Origin: Octopus vulgaris
Lineage: Eukaryota
Reading direction: 5' to 3'
DNA length: 64,000 bases
Assembly (NCBI GenBank): GCA_951406725.2
Contig: OX597842.1
Coordinates: 9,300,001 to 9,364,000, forward strand
Made by a program: the position numbers and the translations under genes. Below are positions 40,790-55,452 of the stretch, one piece after another (the first letter of the stretch is position 1; each line of letters begins with the position of its first letter). The notes under the pieces are model-generated. The model worked only from the letters and a program-made list of their open reading frames with translations. It was not told where the DNA came from and did no database searches.

Positions 40790-41020
40790 TGAAATAGAAA
40801 GATGAATAATCTTGTAGTAGATTAATCAAAAGTTTAACCGATACCTTAGTAGCAAAAATCACAGCAGTAAACAGCACGGTTGGAGGTACAACCATATGGT
40901 GTTGCAACCGTGCGTTGGTGCGGATAATTGAAATTAAACACCTTCCACGCTGCAATTGTTTTCGTTTCAGCACACAATCTCAGATCAGGTCACTTGCTAT
41001 GCTAGTACATCTCCGTAATA

Positions 41021-41055
<35 letters not shown>

Positions 41056-41160
41056 CATGGAATTTTGTCAGTGAACAGGTCACGGTCCCAAAGCGACGAA
41101 AATATTTTGACAAATCAAATTTAAATGTTGAAGTGAATCTAATGGTTTTTGTGTGTTTCT

Positions 41161-41214
<54 letters not shown>

Positions 41215-41959
41215 TGTATGTATATATATATACAAATATATTGACACACATGTCTGTGTATATATGTATACATATATTTATCTGGCATCAGGTAAGATGT
41301 GGAGTCAATAGGAAAAAAAGGTTTAAAACAGGTAAACGGTGAAGCTACTCACCTGGAATATCTTGTGTAGGATTGCTGAACTATCACTGCTGCTACCACC
41401 ACCACCACCACCGTCACCACCACTACAGTTCCTATATGCTCTTCTTCCTCTCTTTTTTGTCATTCACCACCACCACCACCACTACCACGTTCACCACCAC
41501 AGTGCTGATACAAAAACTATCAACAAGCCTCAGAAAGAGGCCTCTGTGTGTTCCTTAGACATGCTAGAAATAGCAGCCAAAGCCCCCCTCAAACCAAGTG
41601 TTACTATTGTAAAATATAAAAAGCCAATACATGAGATTATGTAGTCTTATAGATATAACATCTTTGACCATAGGTCAGCAGGATCAAGACCGACCTAGTG
41701 TTAAACAACAAATATAGCCAATAGTATATTACACTTTTACTCTTTTACTTGTTTCAGTCAATTGACTGTGGCCATGCTAGAGCACTGCCTTTAGTCGAGC
41801 AAAGCAACCCCCAAGACTCATTCTTTGTAAGCCTAGTACTTATTCTATCGGTCTTTTTTGTCAAATCGCTAAACTGCAGGGATGTAAACACACCAACATC
41901 GGTTGTCAAGCGATGATGGCAGGGACAACCACAGACACACAAACATATACATACATATA

Positions 41960-42004
<45 letters not shown>

Positions 42005-43464
42005 GGCTTCCTTCAGTTTCCGTCTACCAAATCCACTCACAAGGTTTTGGTCGGCCCTAGGCTATAGTAGAAGACACTTGACCAAGATTCCACGCAGTGG
42101 GACTGAACCCAGAAGCATGTGATTGGTAAGCAAGCTACTTACCACACAGCCACTCCTGCACCTATATTTGAACATAGTCAGAGCTGGAAGATCTTTGAAT
42201 TGTAGGTCTACAGGAGCAGAAATGTCCTGGGGTTAAATAGCAACTACAAAACTATAGCCAATAATACAAACTATACATTAGATAAGGTAGTCCAAGATAC
42301 ACTATGTCTTGATAAATGATGGGATGGTCACAGCTGGAACGTCTTTGATAATAGGGTCTGCTGGATCAGGACTGACTTGGGGTTAAATAACAATAACTAT
42401 AGCTACTGACTTTAATTATTCTACCATACATTAGATAGTGTAGTCTGAGATACACTGTGCAGGAATAAAAGATGTGTTGGTCACAGCTGTAATGTCTTTG
42501 ATCATAGCTCTGCTGAATCCTGACCAGCCTGGAGTTAAACAGCTACAAAATTAAATAGTATGCCCTCTCGTAACACCACCATCACCAGCACTTCCCCAAT
42601 AACCATTCTAATCACCACGACTACCACTACCACCACCACCACTTCTACGACTACCACCACCACCTCTACCACAACCACCACCACCAGCACTACCTCCACT
42701 ATCACCACCACCACCACTTCCACCACCACTACAACACCACCACCACCACTACCACCACCTCTACCACAACCACCACCACTACCACCACCTCTACAATCAC
42801 TTGTACCGCCACCACCACCACTACCACCACCACCTCTGCCACCATCACCCCCCACTACCACCACAGTCACCAATGCCACTTCCACCCACCGCCTCTTCCT
42901 CCACCACCAGCCAAAGTGAAAATTGATATTGTTAACAAATGTTTATCAGAACCTCTGAGATGACTCTGTGTGTGTGTGTGTGTGTTTGTGCACATATATG
43001 TATGTGAGCATGTTTATGTGCATGCTTATATGTGTATGTATACATATCGGCGGAGGAGTGGCTGTGTGGTAAGTAGCTCTCTTACCAACCACATGGTTCC
43101 GGGTTCAGTCCCACTGCATGGCACCTTGGGCAAGTGCCTTCTACTATAGTCTCGGGCCAACCAAAGCCTTGTGAATGGATTTTGTAGACGGAAACTGAAA
43201 GAAGCCTATCGTATATATATGTATATATATGTGTGTGTGTGTGTATATATGTTTCTGTGTCTGTGTTTGTCCCCCCCAACATCGCTTGACAACCGATGGT
43301 GGTATGTTTACGTCCCCTTAACTTAGCGGTTCAGCAAAAGAGACCGATAGAATAAATACTAGGCTTACAAAGAATAAGTCCTGGGGTCAATTTGCTCGAC
43401 TAAAGGTAGTGCTCCAGCATGGCCACAGTCAAATGACTGAAACAAGTAAAATAGTAAAAGAGTA

Positions 43465-44584
43465 CAGTAAATCTTCAAGTATAATCCGCATTTTTTCCCC
43501 AAAATTTAAAGGTCAAAATCCCTAGGGCGTACTATATACGAGGTTAAAAATGAAAAACATTTTCTAAGCAATGTCTGAGTCTCTATTTGCTGTTCGGCAA
43601 TGTTTATTCAGATGCATTTTGTGATGTTCGGCGCGAAAATACCTTAAGCTAAGCCTGAAAGCAATGAAGTCATAAAAGAATCATCCATAACTTGCAGTAA
43701 GCAACATTTATTAAAATAAAAGTATTCAGAACACAGAATAACATGTAACAAAAACAATTTGCAAACATATTTACATTCCCATATAACAGTTAAGAACATC
43801 ACCATTATTGCATTATGCATGCCCGGAAGTGTTTGTTCAACTAGGTGCTGCTGGCTTAATTACGCATGACTCAAGTTAGAGAAGGGGTGAGTATTATACA
43901 CAAGGTTTAGGTTTTTCAGAGGTACAGCCCCCTAAAAATCCCTTAAGCTAAGCCTGAAAGCAATGAAGTCATAAAAGAATCATCCATAACTTGCAGTAAG
44001 CAACATTTATTAAAATAAAAGTATTCAGAACACAGAATAACATGTAACAAAAACAATTTGCAAACATATTTACATTCCCATATAACAGTTAAGAACATCA
44101 CCATTATTGCATTATGCATGCCCGGAAGTGTTTGTTCAACTAGGTGCTGCTGGCTTAATTACGCATGACTCAAGTTAGAGAAGGGGTGAGTATTATACAC
44201 AAGGTTTAGGTTTTTCAGAGGTACAGCCCCCTAAAAATCCCTTAAGCTAAGCCTGAAAGCAATTAAGTCATAAAAGAATCATCCATAACTTGCAGTAAGC
44301 AACATTTATTAAAATAAAAGTATTCAGAACACAGAATAACATGTAACAAAAACAATTTGCAAACATATTTACATTCCCATATAACAGTTAAGAACATCAC
44401 CATTATTGTATTACGCATGCGTGGAAGTGTTTGTTTGACTAGGTGCTGCTGGCTTAATTACGCATGACTCAAGTTAGAGAAGGGATGCGTATTATACACA
44501 AGGTTTAGGTTTTTTAGAGGTACAGCCCCCTAAAAATCCCCTGCGTATTATACTCAAGGGCGGACTATACTCGAGGATTTACCG
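43465..44584. mobile_element. pogo/Tigger-like non-autonomous element with internal 3 x 299 bp tandem repeat
   Basis: TA-CAGTAAATCTTCAAGTATA ... TATACTCGAGGATTTACCG-TA. Repeat units start at 43642, 43941 and 44240. Confidence 0.8.
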
Positions 44585-45165
44585 TATTTGTTCTTTTAGT
44601 GATGCAAAGTCTACATTTTTTTATGCCTCAATAACGTTCGTGGCACCTTGGGTATGTGTCTTCTACTATAGCCTCGGGCTGACCAAAGTCTTGTGAGTGG
44701 ATTTGGTAGACGGAAACTGAAAGGAAGCCCGTCGTATATATGTATATATATATATATGTATGTTTGTGTGTCTGTGTTTGTCCCCCCAAACATTGCTTGA
44801 CAACCAATGCTGGTGTGTTTACGTCCCTGTAACTTAGCAGTTCAGCTAAAGAGACCGATAGAATAAGTACTAGGCTTACAAAGAATAAGTCCTGGGGTTG
44901 ATTTGCTCAACTAAAGGTAGAGCTCCAGCATAGCCGCAGTCAAATGACTGAAACAAGTAAAAGAGTAAAAGAGATATATATATGCACAGGTGCAGGAGTG
45001 GCTGTGTGGTAAGTAGCTTGCTTACCAACCACATGGTTCTGGGTTTAGTCCCACTATGTGGCACCCTAGGCAAGTGTCTTCTACTATAGCCTCGGGCCGA
45101 CCAAAGCCTTGTGAGTGGATTTGGTAGACGGAAACTGAAAGAAGCCCGTCGAATATATGTATATG

Positions 45166-45230
<65 letters not shown>

Positions 45231-45534
45231 TTGTGTGTCTGTGTTTGTCCCCTATCATCGCTTGACAACCAATGCTGGTGTGTTTACGTCCCTGTAACTT
45301 AGCAGTTCAGCTAAAGAGACTGATAGAATAAGTACTAGGCTTACAAAAGAATAAGTCCTGGGGTCGATTTGATTCGACTAAAGGCAGTGCTCCAGCATGG
45401 CCACAGTCAAATGACTGAAACAAGTAAAAGAGTAAAAGATATATATATATATATGCACAGAAACATACGCACGTATATTGCACATAGAGATGAATGTAGA
45501 TGGATTTATAACAGGCCTTTCAGTTCCTCTAGAT

Positions 45535-45753
45535 CAGTGCTTTTCAAACTTTTTGCTGGAGTGGAACCCCAAGGAAACATTCCACTGGCTCGAGGAACCC
45601 CTGTGCAATAATTTAATAGTCTTATGCACACATATCTGCTCAGGAGAATTAAAAATTACTGCTGATTTTAGCAGTTTTGTAACTTCTTGCGGAACCCCTG
45701 GACTGTACTGGCGGAACCCTAAGGTTCCGCGGAACCCTGGTTGAAAACCACTG
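45535..45753. mobile_element. hAT MITE, second copy (opposite orientation)
   Basis: CAGTG termini and 8-bp TSD CTCTAGAT on both sides. Near-identical to 18199-18417. Confidence 0.9.
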
Positions 45754-46140
45754 CTCTAGATATATGTAGCTAAGAATTTGGGGCCCAATTTTTGCATTAT
45801 GTATTTGAGTGTGTGTGTAGACCAGAATGAATGTGTTTATCAGTACGTATATGTATGCAGACGAAAGCTGCATCTGCTCATATAAACACATAATTTAAAT
45901 ACAATCACAGCTAATACACAGATACGTAAATTCACTTATCTGTACACACACACACACACACACACACATCGTACACATGCACACAGATGCATTCACACAC
46001 TCACACACAATCAATGAAATTTTTGGATTGTTATCAATCTGTTATTGTTATCAAGATGGTAGAACTCAGCCTTTTTCATTGCTAAACGTTATCAGCCAGT
46101 TATTTAAAAAAAATACTTGATTCTTAAGAATTGAGTTTGT

Positions 46141-46199
<59 letters not shown>

Positions 46200-46941
46200 T
46201 GTATCATTTAATAAAAACAGGAGCTATATGTGAACTGCTACAAGTTTCATGAACAGAAAGTGCAGTAATCAGACAGTGTGTGTTTGTGTGTGTGTGTGTG
46301 TGGTATATGTGCGTGTGTTTATGTGTGTGTGTGGTATATGTGCGTGTGTTTATGTGTGTGTGTGGTATATGTGTGTGTGTGTGTGTTTGTGTATCATTTA
46401 ATAAAAACAGGAGCTATATGTGAACTGCTATCAATCTGAAAGTGGCGAGCTGGCAGAATCGTTAGTACGCCGGGCGAAATGCGTAACCGTATTTCGTCTG
46501 CTGTTACGTTCTGAGTTCAAATTCCGCCGAGGTCGACCTTGCCTTTCATCCTTTCGGGGTGGATAAATTAAGTGCCAGTTACACACTGGGGTCGATGTAA
46601 TCGACTTAATCTGTTTGTCCCCTCTATGTTTAGCCCCTTGTGGGTAATAAAGAAACAGGTATATGTGAACTGCTACAAGTTTCAAGCACTGACAGTGCAG
46701 TAATCAGACAGGCCTGCTTAGAATACCATACACTATCCTGCCCTGCAATCATTTAAACCCAATAAATATTGCTACTCCCCAAGAAAATAAGAGAATAATA
46801 CCTGAAAATGACTGAAGGGGGTGGAGAGACGGTTTTATGTTCTTTTGATTGATTAGAAGCAAAAGTATTAAAAGAAGTATTAAAATTTAGAGTTTACTTG
46901 AGAAAGAAACAGTATTTTATGACAAAAATGATAAGTGTATA

Positions 46942-48703
46942 AACCCTTTCATTACTGTATTTATTTTGAGACATTTGTACTACAGAGCCAGAGGCAGTTT
47001 CAGCCAGATTTGTATCAAAAGGGTTAAAAATATTATGGTGACTTCAACCCTTTTGTTACCATATTTCTGTTGAGATGCTCTGTGTTTCTTTAAATCACTT
47101 TAAATATAACAAAGAGTTTAGTCATCATTCAGCTAGTGTTAGGAACATAAATTGTGACTGAGGTTTAGTGGAAAATTTTTATTCAAAACTTATGAAAACA
47201 AGACATTTGTACTCAGAGCCAGAACCGGTTTCAGCCGGGTTGGTATCAAAAGGGTTAAGAATTGTTTCTCTATTATATATCTTAATCCTTTTGTTACTGT
47301 ATTTATTTTGATGGTTCTGTGTTTCTTTTAATTAATTTTAAATATAACAAAGAATTTAGTAAAATAATTTAGTTATCATTCAGCTAGTGTTAGGAACATA
47401 AATTGTGACTAAGGTTTGGTGGAAGATTTTAATTCAAAACTTATGAAATCAAGGCAGCTGTACTACAAAGCCAGAGGCGGTTTCAGTCAGATTTGTATCA
47501 AAAGAGTTAAAAATATCATGGTGACTTTAACCCCTTTGAAATTTATGAAAACAAGACATTTGTACTACAAAGCCAGAGGCGGTTTCAGCAGGGTTGGTAT
47601 CAAAAGGGTTGAGAATTGTTTCTCTATTATATATCTTAACCCTTTTGTTAACATATTTGCTGAGATGCTCTGTGTTTCTTTCAATTACTTTAAATATAAC
47701 AAAGAATTTAGTAGAATAACTTAGTTATCATTAAACTAGTGTTAGGGACATAAATTGTGACTAAGGTTTGGTGGAAGATTTTAATTCAAAACTTATGAAA
47801 ACAAGACATTTGTACTCAGAGCCAGAGCCGGTTTCAGTAGGGTTAGTACCAAAAGGGTTAAGAATTGTTTCTCTATTATATATCTTAACCCTTTCGATAC
47901 TGTATTTATTTTGATGGCTCTGTGTTTTTTCAATTAATTTTGAATCTAACAAAGAGTTTAGTAAAATAACTTAGTTATCATTCAGCTAGTGTTAGGAACA
48001 TAAATTGTGACTAAGGTTTGGTGGAAGATTTTAATTCAAAACTTATGAAAACAAGACATTTGTACTCAGAGCCAGAACCGGTTTCAGCAGGGTTAGTACC
48101 AAAAGGGTTAAGAATTGTTTCTCTATTATATATCTTAACCCTTTCGTTACTGTATTTATTTTGATGGCTCTGTGTTTTTTCAATTAATTTTGAATCTAAC
48201 AAAGAGTTTAGTAAAATAACTTAGTTATCATTCAGCTAGTGTTAGGAACATGAATTGTGACTAAAGTTTGGTGGAAGGTTTTAATTCAAAACTTAGGAAA
48301 ACAAGACATTTGTACTACTGAACCAGAGGTGGTTTCAGTCAGATTTGTATCAAAAGAGTTAAAAATATCATGATGACTTTAACCCTTTTGAAATTTATGA
48401 AAACAAGACATTTGAACTACAGAGCCAGTAGCGGTTTCAGCCGGGTTGGTATCAAAAGGGTTAAGAATTGTTTCTCTATTATATATTTTAAGCCTTTCGT
48501 TACTGTATTTCTGTTGAGATGCTCTGTGTTTCTTTCAATTAATTTTAAATATAACAAAGAATTTAGTAAAATAACTTAGTTATCATTAAGCTAGTATTAG
48601 GAACATAAATCGGTGGAAGATTTTAATTCAAAACTTATGAAAACAAGACATTTGTACTCAGAGCCAGAGCCAGTTTCAGCCAGGTTGGTAACGAAAGGGT
48701 TAA
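46942..48703. repeat. Tandem array of ~250-bp piggyBac-like MITE units
   Basis: Units bounded by TTAACCCTTT ... AAAGGGTTAA with two recurring spacers. A monomeric copy of the same MITE is at 12770-12994. Confidence 0.85.
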
Positions 48704-49257
48704 ACTGTCTTTAATCCAGACAGCAAAGATTATCCAGTTCAACAATAGAAACTTGTCAAGATACATACCTCTTACCTGAACTTCAGTTTAGAAGGTTGTA
48801 GTTCTTCAACCTTTTAGCATTCACATTATTTTTGTCAAAAGCAATGCTTCTTTATTCACATTCTTTTAAATTAATCATGCATTATCTTGCAGCTTTGAGA
48901 TTTTGACGAGGCTACTCTTAATTTTTCAGAATGGCATTGTAGAGTAGGTTGATATGCCAGATCTGTCCAGATTGAACATAAAACAGGTAGAGTATTTTGG
49001 CCAGATATGGCTGGTTTAAGTACCAAAGAGTTAATCTAATAAGGATGTGTTGTTTCAGCTCTCTTGTACTCTCTTTTATTTGTTTCAGTCATTTGACTGT
49101 GGCCATGCTGGAGCAAATCGACCCCAGGACTTAATCTTTGTAAGCCTAGTACTTATTCTATCGGTCTCTCTTTTGCTGAACTGCTAAGTTACGGGGATGT
49201 AAACACACCAGCATCGGTTGTCAAGCGATGTTGGAGGGGACAAACGAAGACACACAA

Positions 49258-49313
<56 letters not shown>

Positions 49314-49334
49314 GATGATGATGATACTTACTCC

Positions 49335-49386
<52 letters not shown>

Positions 49387-50068
49387 CAACAGGCTTCTTT
49401 CAGTTTCTGTCTACCAAATCCATTCACAGGACTTTGGTCAGCCCAAGGCTATAGTGGAAGACACTTGCCCAAGGTTCCACGCAGTGGGACTGAACCCAGA
49501 ACCATGTGGTTGGTAAGCAAGCTACATACCACACAGCCACTCCTGCACCTATATTTGAACAACAACAACAACAACAACAACAACAGCAACAACAACAACA
49601 ATGTAACCATTAAAATAGTTCTCTTTATTGAGGTTTATTGAATTCTCTGACAGAAGACATCTGATTTGTGTAGATTCCGGAAGGAACTAAAAGGAGTGGA
49701 TCAATATAGGGTGGTGGAAGGGTGGGGTATAATTGGGAGATGCGTAGAGAAATTGGGTGGACGGGGGAGGGGTCAGTGAGGTCAGTGTAGCTAAGTGGAG
49801 TGGTAAAAGATTAATGTATATACACACTCACACACACACTCACACACATACACACGCACACATATATACACACAGAAATATATATGTATATAATATAAAC
49901 AACACTGAGGTGAGAACCTGAAGATTAGCTAAGCTGGTTTTGTGTTTGTTACAAATTATGTAACAAGCTTCATTTTGATAAGAAACAATTGTAGTCCCTG
50001 CTTTACCTGTTCCTCTCCACACTCTTTGGATATATATACATAAATATACATACATTCACACACACACG

Positions 50069-50146
<78 letters not shown>

Positions 50147-51447
50147 TGAAATTTACTGAAAAACAAAAGACAAAGACAGGTGTGTGAACAATACACTGTA
50201 CATCACTAAAGTTGAAGGTCAGGTCAAAGGTCAAACAAATAGAGAGTGTAAACAGTACATCTCATTGTACAGCCACCCTTTCTCTCTCTCTCTCTCCCCA
50301 AATCGAAGTACAAGTCAGATAAGGACGGATCATGAAAATATTTGAGGTGAAGGTCACATGGATTCAGATGAAAGTCATTGTCGAGTCCATGAGGAAGGTT
50401 CAAACAAAGTTCAAGGTCAAATGGAAGGACAAGGTCCAAGTTGAATACCAGAGCATGAGCAATGTGAAGGATATTGCAGTTTAAGGTCAAGGTTGAGTAT
50501 AAGGTCAAGGCCAAGGTAGAGTTCAAGGTATAGAGAAGGGCAGGGTTCAATCCTTAAGCAATCAGATTACTGTCAAATGTAATGCTTATTAATCCACATT
50601 TTCAATTAATCCTGCTTTATCTCACAGCTTTTAAATTGAGTGCTTATTTTCACAATGACATTGTAGGATAGGTATGAGAAGCCAGATCTGATTAATTGAA
50701 ACATAGAACAGAATATTTGGGTCACATATGGCCAGTTTAACCCTTTAGCATTCAGATTACTCTGTCAAATGTAAAGCTTATTTATTTACATTGAGTTGAA
50801 TTAATCATGTATTATCTCATAGCTTTGAGATTTCAATGGTGTGATTGTTCATTGTGGAGAAAAATAATAGGGAGATGATCAGAGCAAGACTAAAAATGAT
50901 GGTCAGAACTAGGTTCAAGGCAAGATTCATCATGATGAAAAGAGAAAGGCCATGATCAGAGCAAGGCTCAAAGTGAAGGTCAGAACAAGGTTCATAGTGA
51001 AGGAAAGAGTAAGGTGAAGATTAGAGAAGGTTCAAAGTGAAGATCAGAACAAAATTTAAAGCAAATATGAGGACAAGAGTTAAAGTGAAGAGTGAAGTAT
51101 GGATCAAGACAAAGATCAGGGTAAGGTTCAAGGCAAGGTCAATGTGAAGATCAGGAATGTTTAAAGGGATGATCAGAACAAGGTTCAACATAAAGATCAA
51201 GGCAAGGTTCAATGTGAGGATCAGGGTGAGATTCAAAGTTTATGTTTAAAGCTATGGTAAAGTTGAACCTAACTTTCACTTGGAACCTTTTATTGAGTTT
51301 AAGTCAATTTAAATGAGATTCAAGTAGTAGGTCAAGGTAAGGGTTAAGAGACAAAGACTCATGTAGGTTTTGAGATGCAAGTTAGGACAGGGACCGAAAA
51401 TGTGAAAAATGAGAGTAGTGTTCAAAGTCAAGGATCGGTGAGAAAGA

Positions 51448-51681
51448 TCAGTAAACTTCTGCGATCTCTTCCTCCACAAACTCAGTGTCATCTTCACAGG
51501 GTGACTCAGAGAGGTGACTACTGGTCTTCTTTCTGCTGTCGGTGTTGTTGGCACTGGTCAGTTCTTTTGGTAACGGAATGTCAAGGTGTTGATAGATCTG
51601 CTCCACCGTCTTTGGGCTTACAAAATAGGTGACGTTCATCTTTGGGAATTTCTTTTTCAGCTCCTCAATGTGGTCATAAGC
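51448..51681 (-). CDS. IFT140: IFT140 terminal coding exon
   Basis: GTCCAG acceptor. [37 protein letters not shown], then acidic tail [15 protein letters not shown]-stop, as in the IFT140 C-terminus. 234 nt, phase 0. Confidence 0.9.
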   Translation of the reverse strand, partial: AYDHIEELKKKFPKMNVTYFVSPKTVEQIYQHLDIPLPKELTSANNTDSRKKTSSHLSESPCEDDTEFVEEEIAEVY

Positions 51682-51769
51682 CTGGACGGATGGATGGAAG
51701 GAGAAATAGATAGGTGGATGGATGGATTGATGGGTAGAAGGATAGATAGACAGACAGACAGATAGATAA

Positions 51770-51822
<53 letters not shown>

Positions 51823-51859
51823 TAGATAGATGGAAAGATAGATAGATAGACAGACAGAC

Positions 51860-51910
<51 letters not shown>

Positions 51911-51991
51911 TAGATAGATAGACAGAAAGACAGACAAATTGATAGCTAGAAAAATAGACAGACAAACAGAGAGATAGACAGGCAGACAGAC

Positions 51992-52065
<74 letters not shown>

Positions 52066-52539
52066 TAAGATAGATAGGACACTACATATAAATGGACAGG
52101 CAGTTATATGAACAGATGATCAGAGTGAGAGATGAACAGACAAATAGACACACAGATGGTCAGATGGAGAGATAGACATACAGACAGACAAATATTCAGA
52201 TGGAGAGATGGACTGAGAGTCAGACATATGGAGGGACTAGAAGACAGATGGACACATCGACAAAGGGAGAGGTGGACAGAGAGCTAGATACATAGACATT
52301 TTATATATATATAGACAGGTAGATGGTCAGGTGGTCAAATTGACAAAGAGATGAGAAGCTGCAGAGATCCAGACCAATGGACAGAGACACATGGAGATAT
52401 AGTAAGATAGATGTTCATATTGGGAGATGGACATGTAATCAGATGGTCAAGTGGTCAGTTAAACAGAGAAAATGATCAGATAGAGAGACGGACAGACAGA
52501 TGGACATATGAGTAGATGACCATGTGATAAGAACAGACA

Positions 52540-52845
52540 ACCAGATGGGCAGGACACAGAGACAGAAATGGACAGAGGGACAAGCAAACATAAAGAGGGA
52601 CAGACAAAAAGATGGACAGACAGAAAGATGGACAAACATAAAAAGGGACAGACAGAAAGATGGACAAACATAAAAAGGGACAGACAGAAAGATGGACAAA
52701 CATAAAAAGGGACAGACAGAAAGATGGACAGACAGAAAGAGGGCCAGACAAAAAAGATGGATAGACAGAAAGAGGGCCAGACAAAAAAGATGGACAGACA
52801 GAAAGAGGGACAGGTAGAAAGGTGGACAGACAGAAAAATGGACCA
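52540..52845. repeat. ~32-bp purine-rich minisatellite in the last IFT140 intron
   Basis: Repeated GGGACAGACAGAAAGATGGACAAACATAAAAA units within a degenerate GACAGATG-rich stretch (52080-53370). Confidence 0.8.
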
Positions 52846-55310
52846 ATAGTCAGAGTCACAGATGTTCATGAGGGCAGATGGACATATTGCTTAATGGTCA
52901 AGTGGTCAGATAGACATTGATGGTCAGATAGAGAGATAGACAGACAGATGGACATATGAGTAGATGGTCATGTGATAAGAGCAGACAGCCAGATGGGCAG
53001 AGGGATGTAAGGATAGCTATGGACAGAGGGACAGACAGATATATGGACAAATGGTAATAGGGAGAGATAGACTGATAGACAGAGAGACAGAGGTTCATAG
53101 ATGGACATGCTGGTTGCTGGTTATGTGGTCAGATAGACAGAAATGATCACATGGAGAACCAGACAGATAGACAGACAGATGGACATATGATTAACTGGAC
53201 AGATAGAGGGATATATATACAGACGATTACAACATGGACACAGAGCATGACGGAGTAATGGATGAACAGACAGATGGTCAGATACAGAGTCAGACAGATG
53301 GTCATATGATCAGACGGTTAGGCACACAAATGCTCATATGGCCAGATAGATGGACACAGAGACAAAGGGACAGGCAGATGATGATGATGGTGGTGGTGGT
53401 GGTGATGGTAATGATGATGGTGGTGATGATAATGATGGTGGTGGTTGTGGTAGTGGTGGTGATGATGATGATGATGATGGTAATGATGATGACAGTGGTG
53501 GTTGTTGTGGTAGTGGTGGTGGTGGTGATGATGATGATGATGATGATGATGGCAGCAGTGGTTGTGGTGGTGAGGATGATGGTTAATGGTGATGATGTTA
53601 ATAATGACGAAGATGATGATGATGAAGTTAGTAAAGAGCACTATGATGCTGGTGATGACAATGATGATGATGAGTAAAGATAATGGAGGTGGTGGTGATG
53701 ATAATGATGGCAGCTTTGAAGCTGCCCTTTGGGCGATATTCAGGACTGTCCCTGCAGAGGGCACCTTTGAGGCCTTCAGCCCCACTATCAGGGTGATTTG
53801 CAGCTGTCTACCCTTGTGTAATGTAATGGACTTGAACACGTTCATTGTATATGTATCTCTTGGTGTTAATTATCTGATACTCCTTCTTAACTCCCTATCC
53901 ACAAAAATAGGGGGGGGGGATCAGTGGGACCCCATTTAAGCAGCCCTTCAGAAATTGAACCCCCTTACGATACTCCCTGGGAGTTCATGGTATGAAGTTC
54001 ATTGCCATTGCTCCAATTTAGTTGCCAATGCCATGCATTTAGTTTGAAACACAGTAAAACTAGGGGGTCTGTGGGGCCCCAATTAGGTGGCCATTAAAAA
54101 AATAGACCCCCTTAGGTCTTTCCCTGGTATTAGGATGGTTGCTGGTTTGAGTTTCGTTGTCCTTGCACCAATGGTCTGGGAGGAATTAACGAACATAAAA
54201 ACATAACGGACAGAGAAACATCACTCAAATTTATAATAGGATGAGCAAAACGCCCCCTGTCCAATGGACAGTGCTGAGTTGTCAAACATTTAAACCAAAT
54301 TTTCTCAAAACACTTGTCTGACCGTCCCATAGGCCTCCCCTTTGAGAAACACTGATTTAACCTAAATTTGAGACACCAGCAAAAGAAGAAATAAAGATAG
54401 ACTTTTTTCCTATTCCAAAGAAAAACGATTTTATTCACACAAATATGCAACCGAAGAGTTTAAAGTACCAGTAATGATAAGGCTGTTGACTGGGAGAACA
54501 CAAACATGGTTTAAATAGTAAGCTTGGCAGGAAAGAAACGTGCCTTTAAGCAGTACAAAAACAACAAAAAATGGAAGGTGCAGTTATGTACAGGTTGACG
54601 GAAGAAAAGCAGAACAAAAACGGCTTTATTGATCGCATTTTCACCTGGAATCGATTTTTGTAATCTTTTCAAGACTTATACACGCCCTGATACCATCAGT
54701 ATCTACATATCAAATTTGTGCACAATCAGATGGAGGATGCCCGAGATCCTAGAAGACACACAGACAGACAGAACGGATTTTATATAATAGACAAGCAAAA
54801 CGCCCCTTGCCTAATGGATGGTGCTGAGTTGTCAAACATCTAAACCAAATTTTCTCAAAACAACTTGTCCAACCGTCCCATAGGCCTCCCCTTTTGAGAA
54901 ACACTGATTTAACCTAAATTTGAGACACCAGCAAAAGATGGATTTCGACTGATGTACTTGCACATACAAATGGACGTTCCCACGGCTTTATCGATCGCAT
55001 TCTCACCTGGAATCGATTTTTGTAATCTTTTCAAGACTTATGCATGCCCTGATACCATCGGTATCTAGATATCAAATTTGAGCGCAATCAGATGGAGGAT
55101 GCCCGAGATCCTAGAAGACACACAGACACACACACAGACAGAACGGATAAGGCATTGGAGATGATAGTGGTGTTGGAGATGGTGATGATAATAATAATGA
55201 TGGGGATGATGATAATGGTGGTGGTGGTGGTGGTGGTGGTGGTGGTGGTGATGGTAACAACACCCACCCCCCACTTCCACTGTTCGTATTGTTGATAAGG
55301 AAAGACATAC

Positions 55311-55452
55311 CATTCTCCACCTCTCCTGACACGCATAATGCTCAATGAGAAAGGCGTAGACATCTCCGACTCTGACCGATTTCTCCAGGTTGGGTTCCTC
55401 CAGGAGCGCTAGGCACAGCTTCACCGCATCGTCTGGATTATTGCTGTAGATT
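55311..55452 (-). CDS. IFT140: IFT140 coding exon
   Basis: IYSNNPDDAVKLCLALLEEPNLEKSVRVGDVYAFLIEHYACQERWRM. 142 nt, phase 2/0, TTGCAG acceptor and GTATGT donor. Confidence 0.92.

Noticed and set aside
46942-48703. Possible CRISPR-like repeat-spacer array
   Set aside because: Eukaryotic context, ~225-bp repeats with TIRs, recurring rather than unique spacers, and no cas genes.
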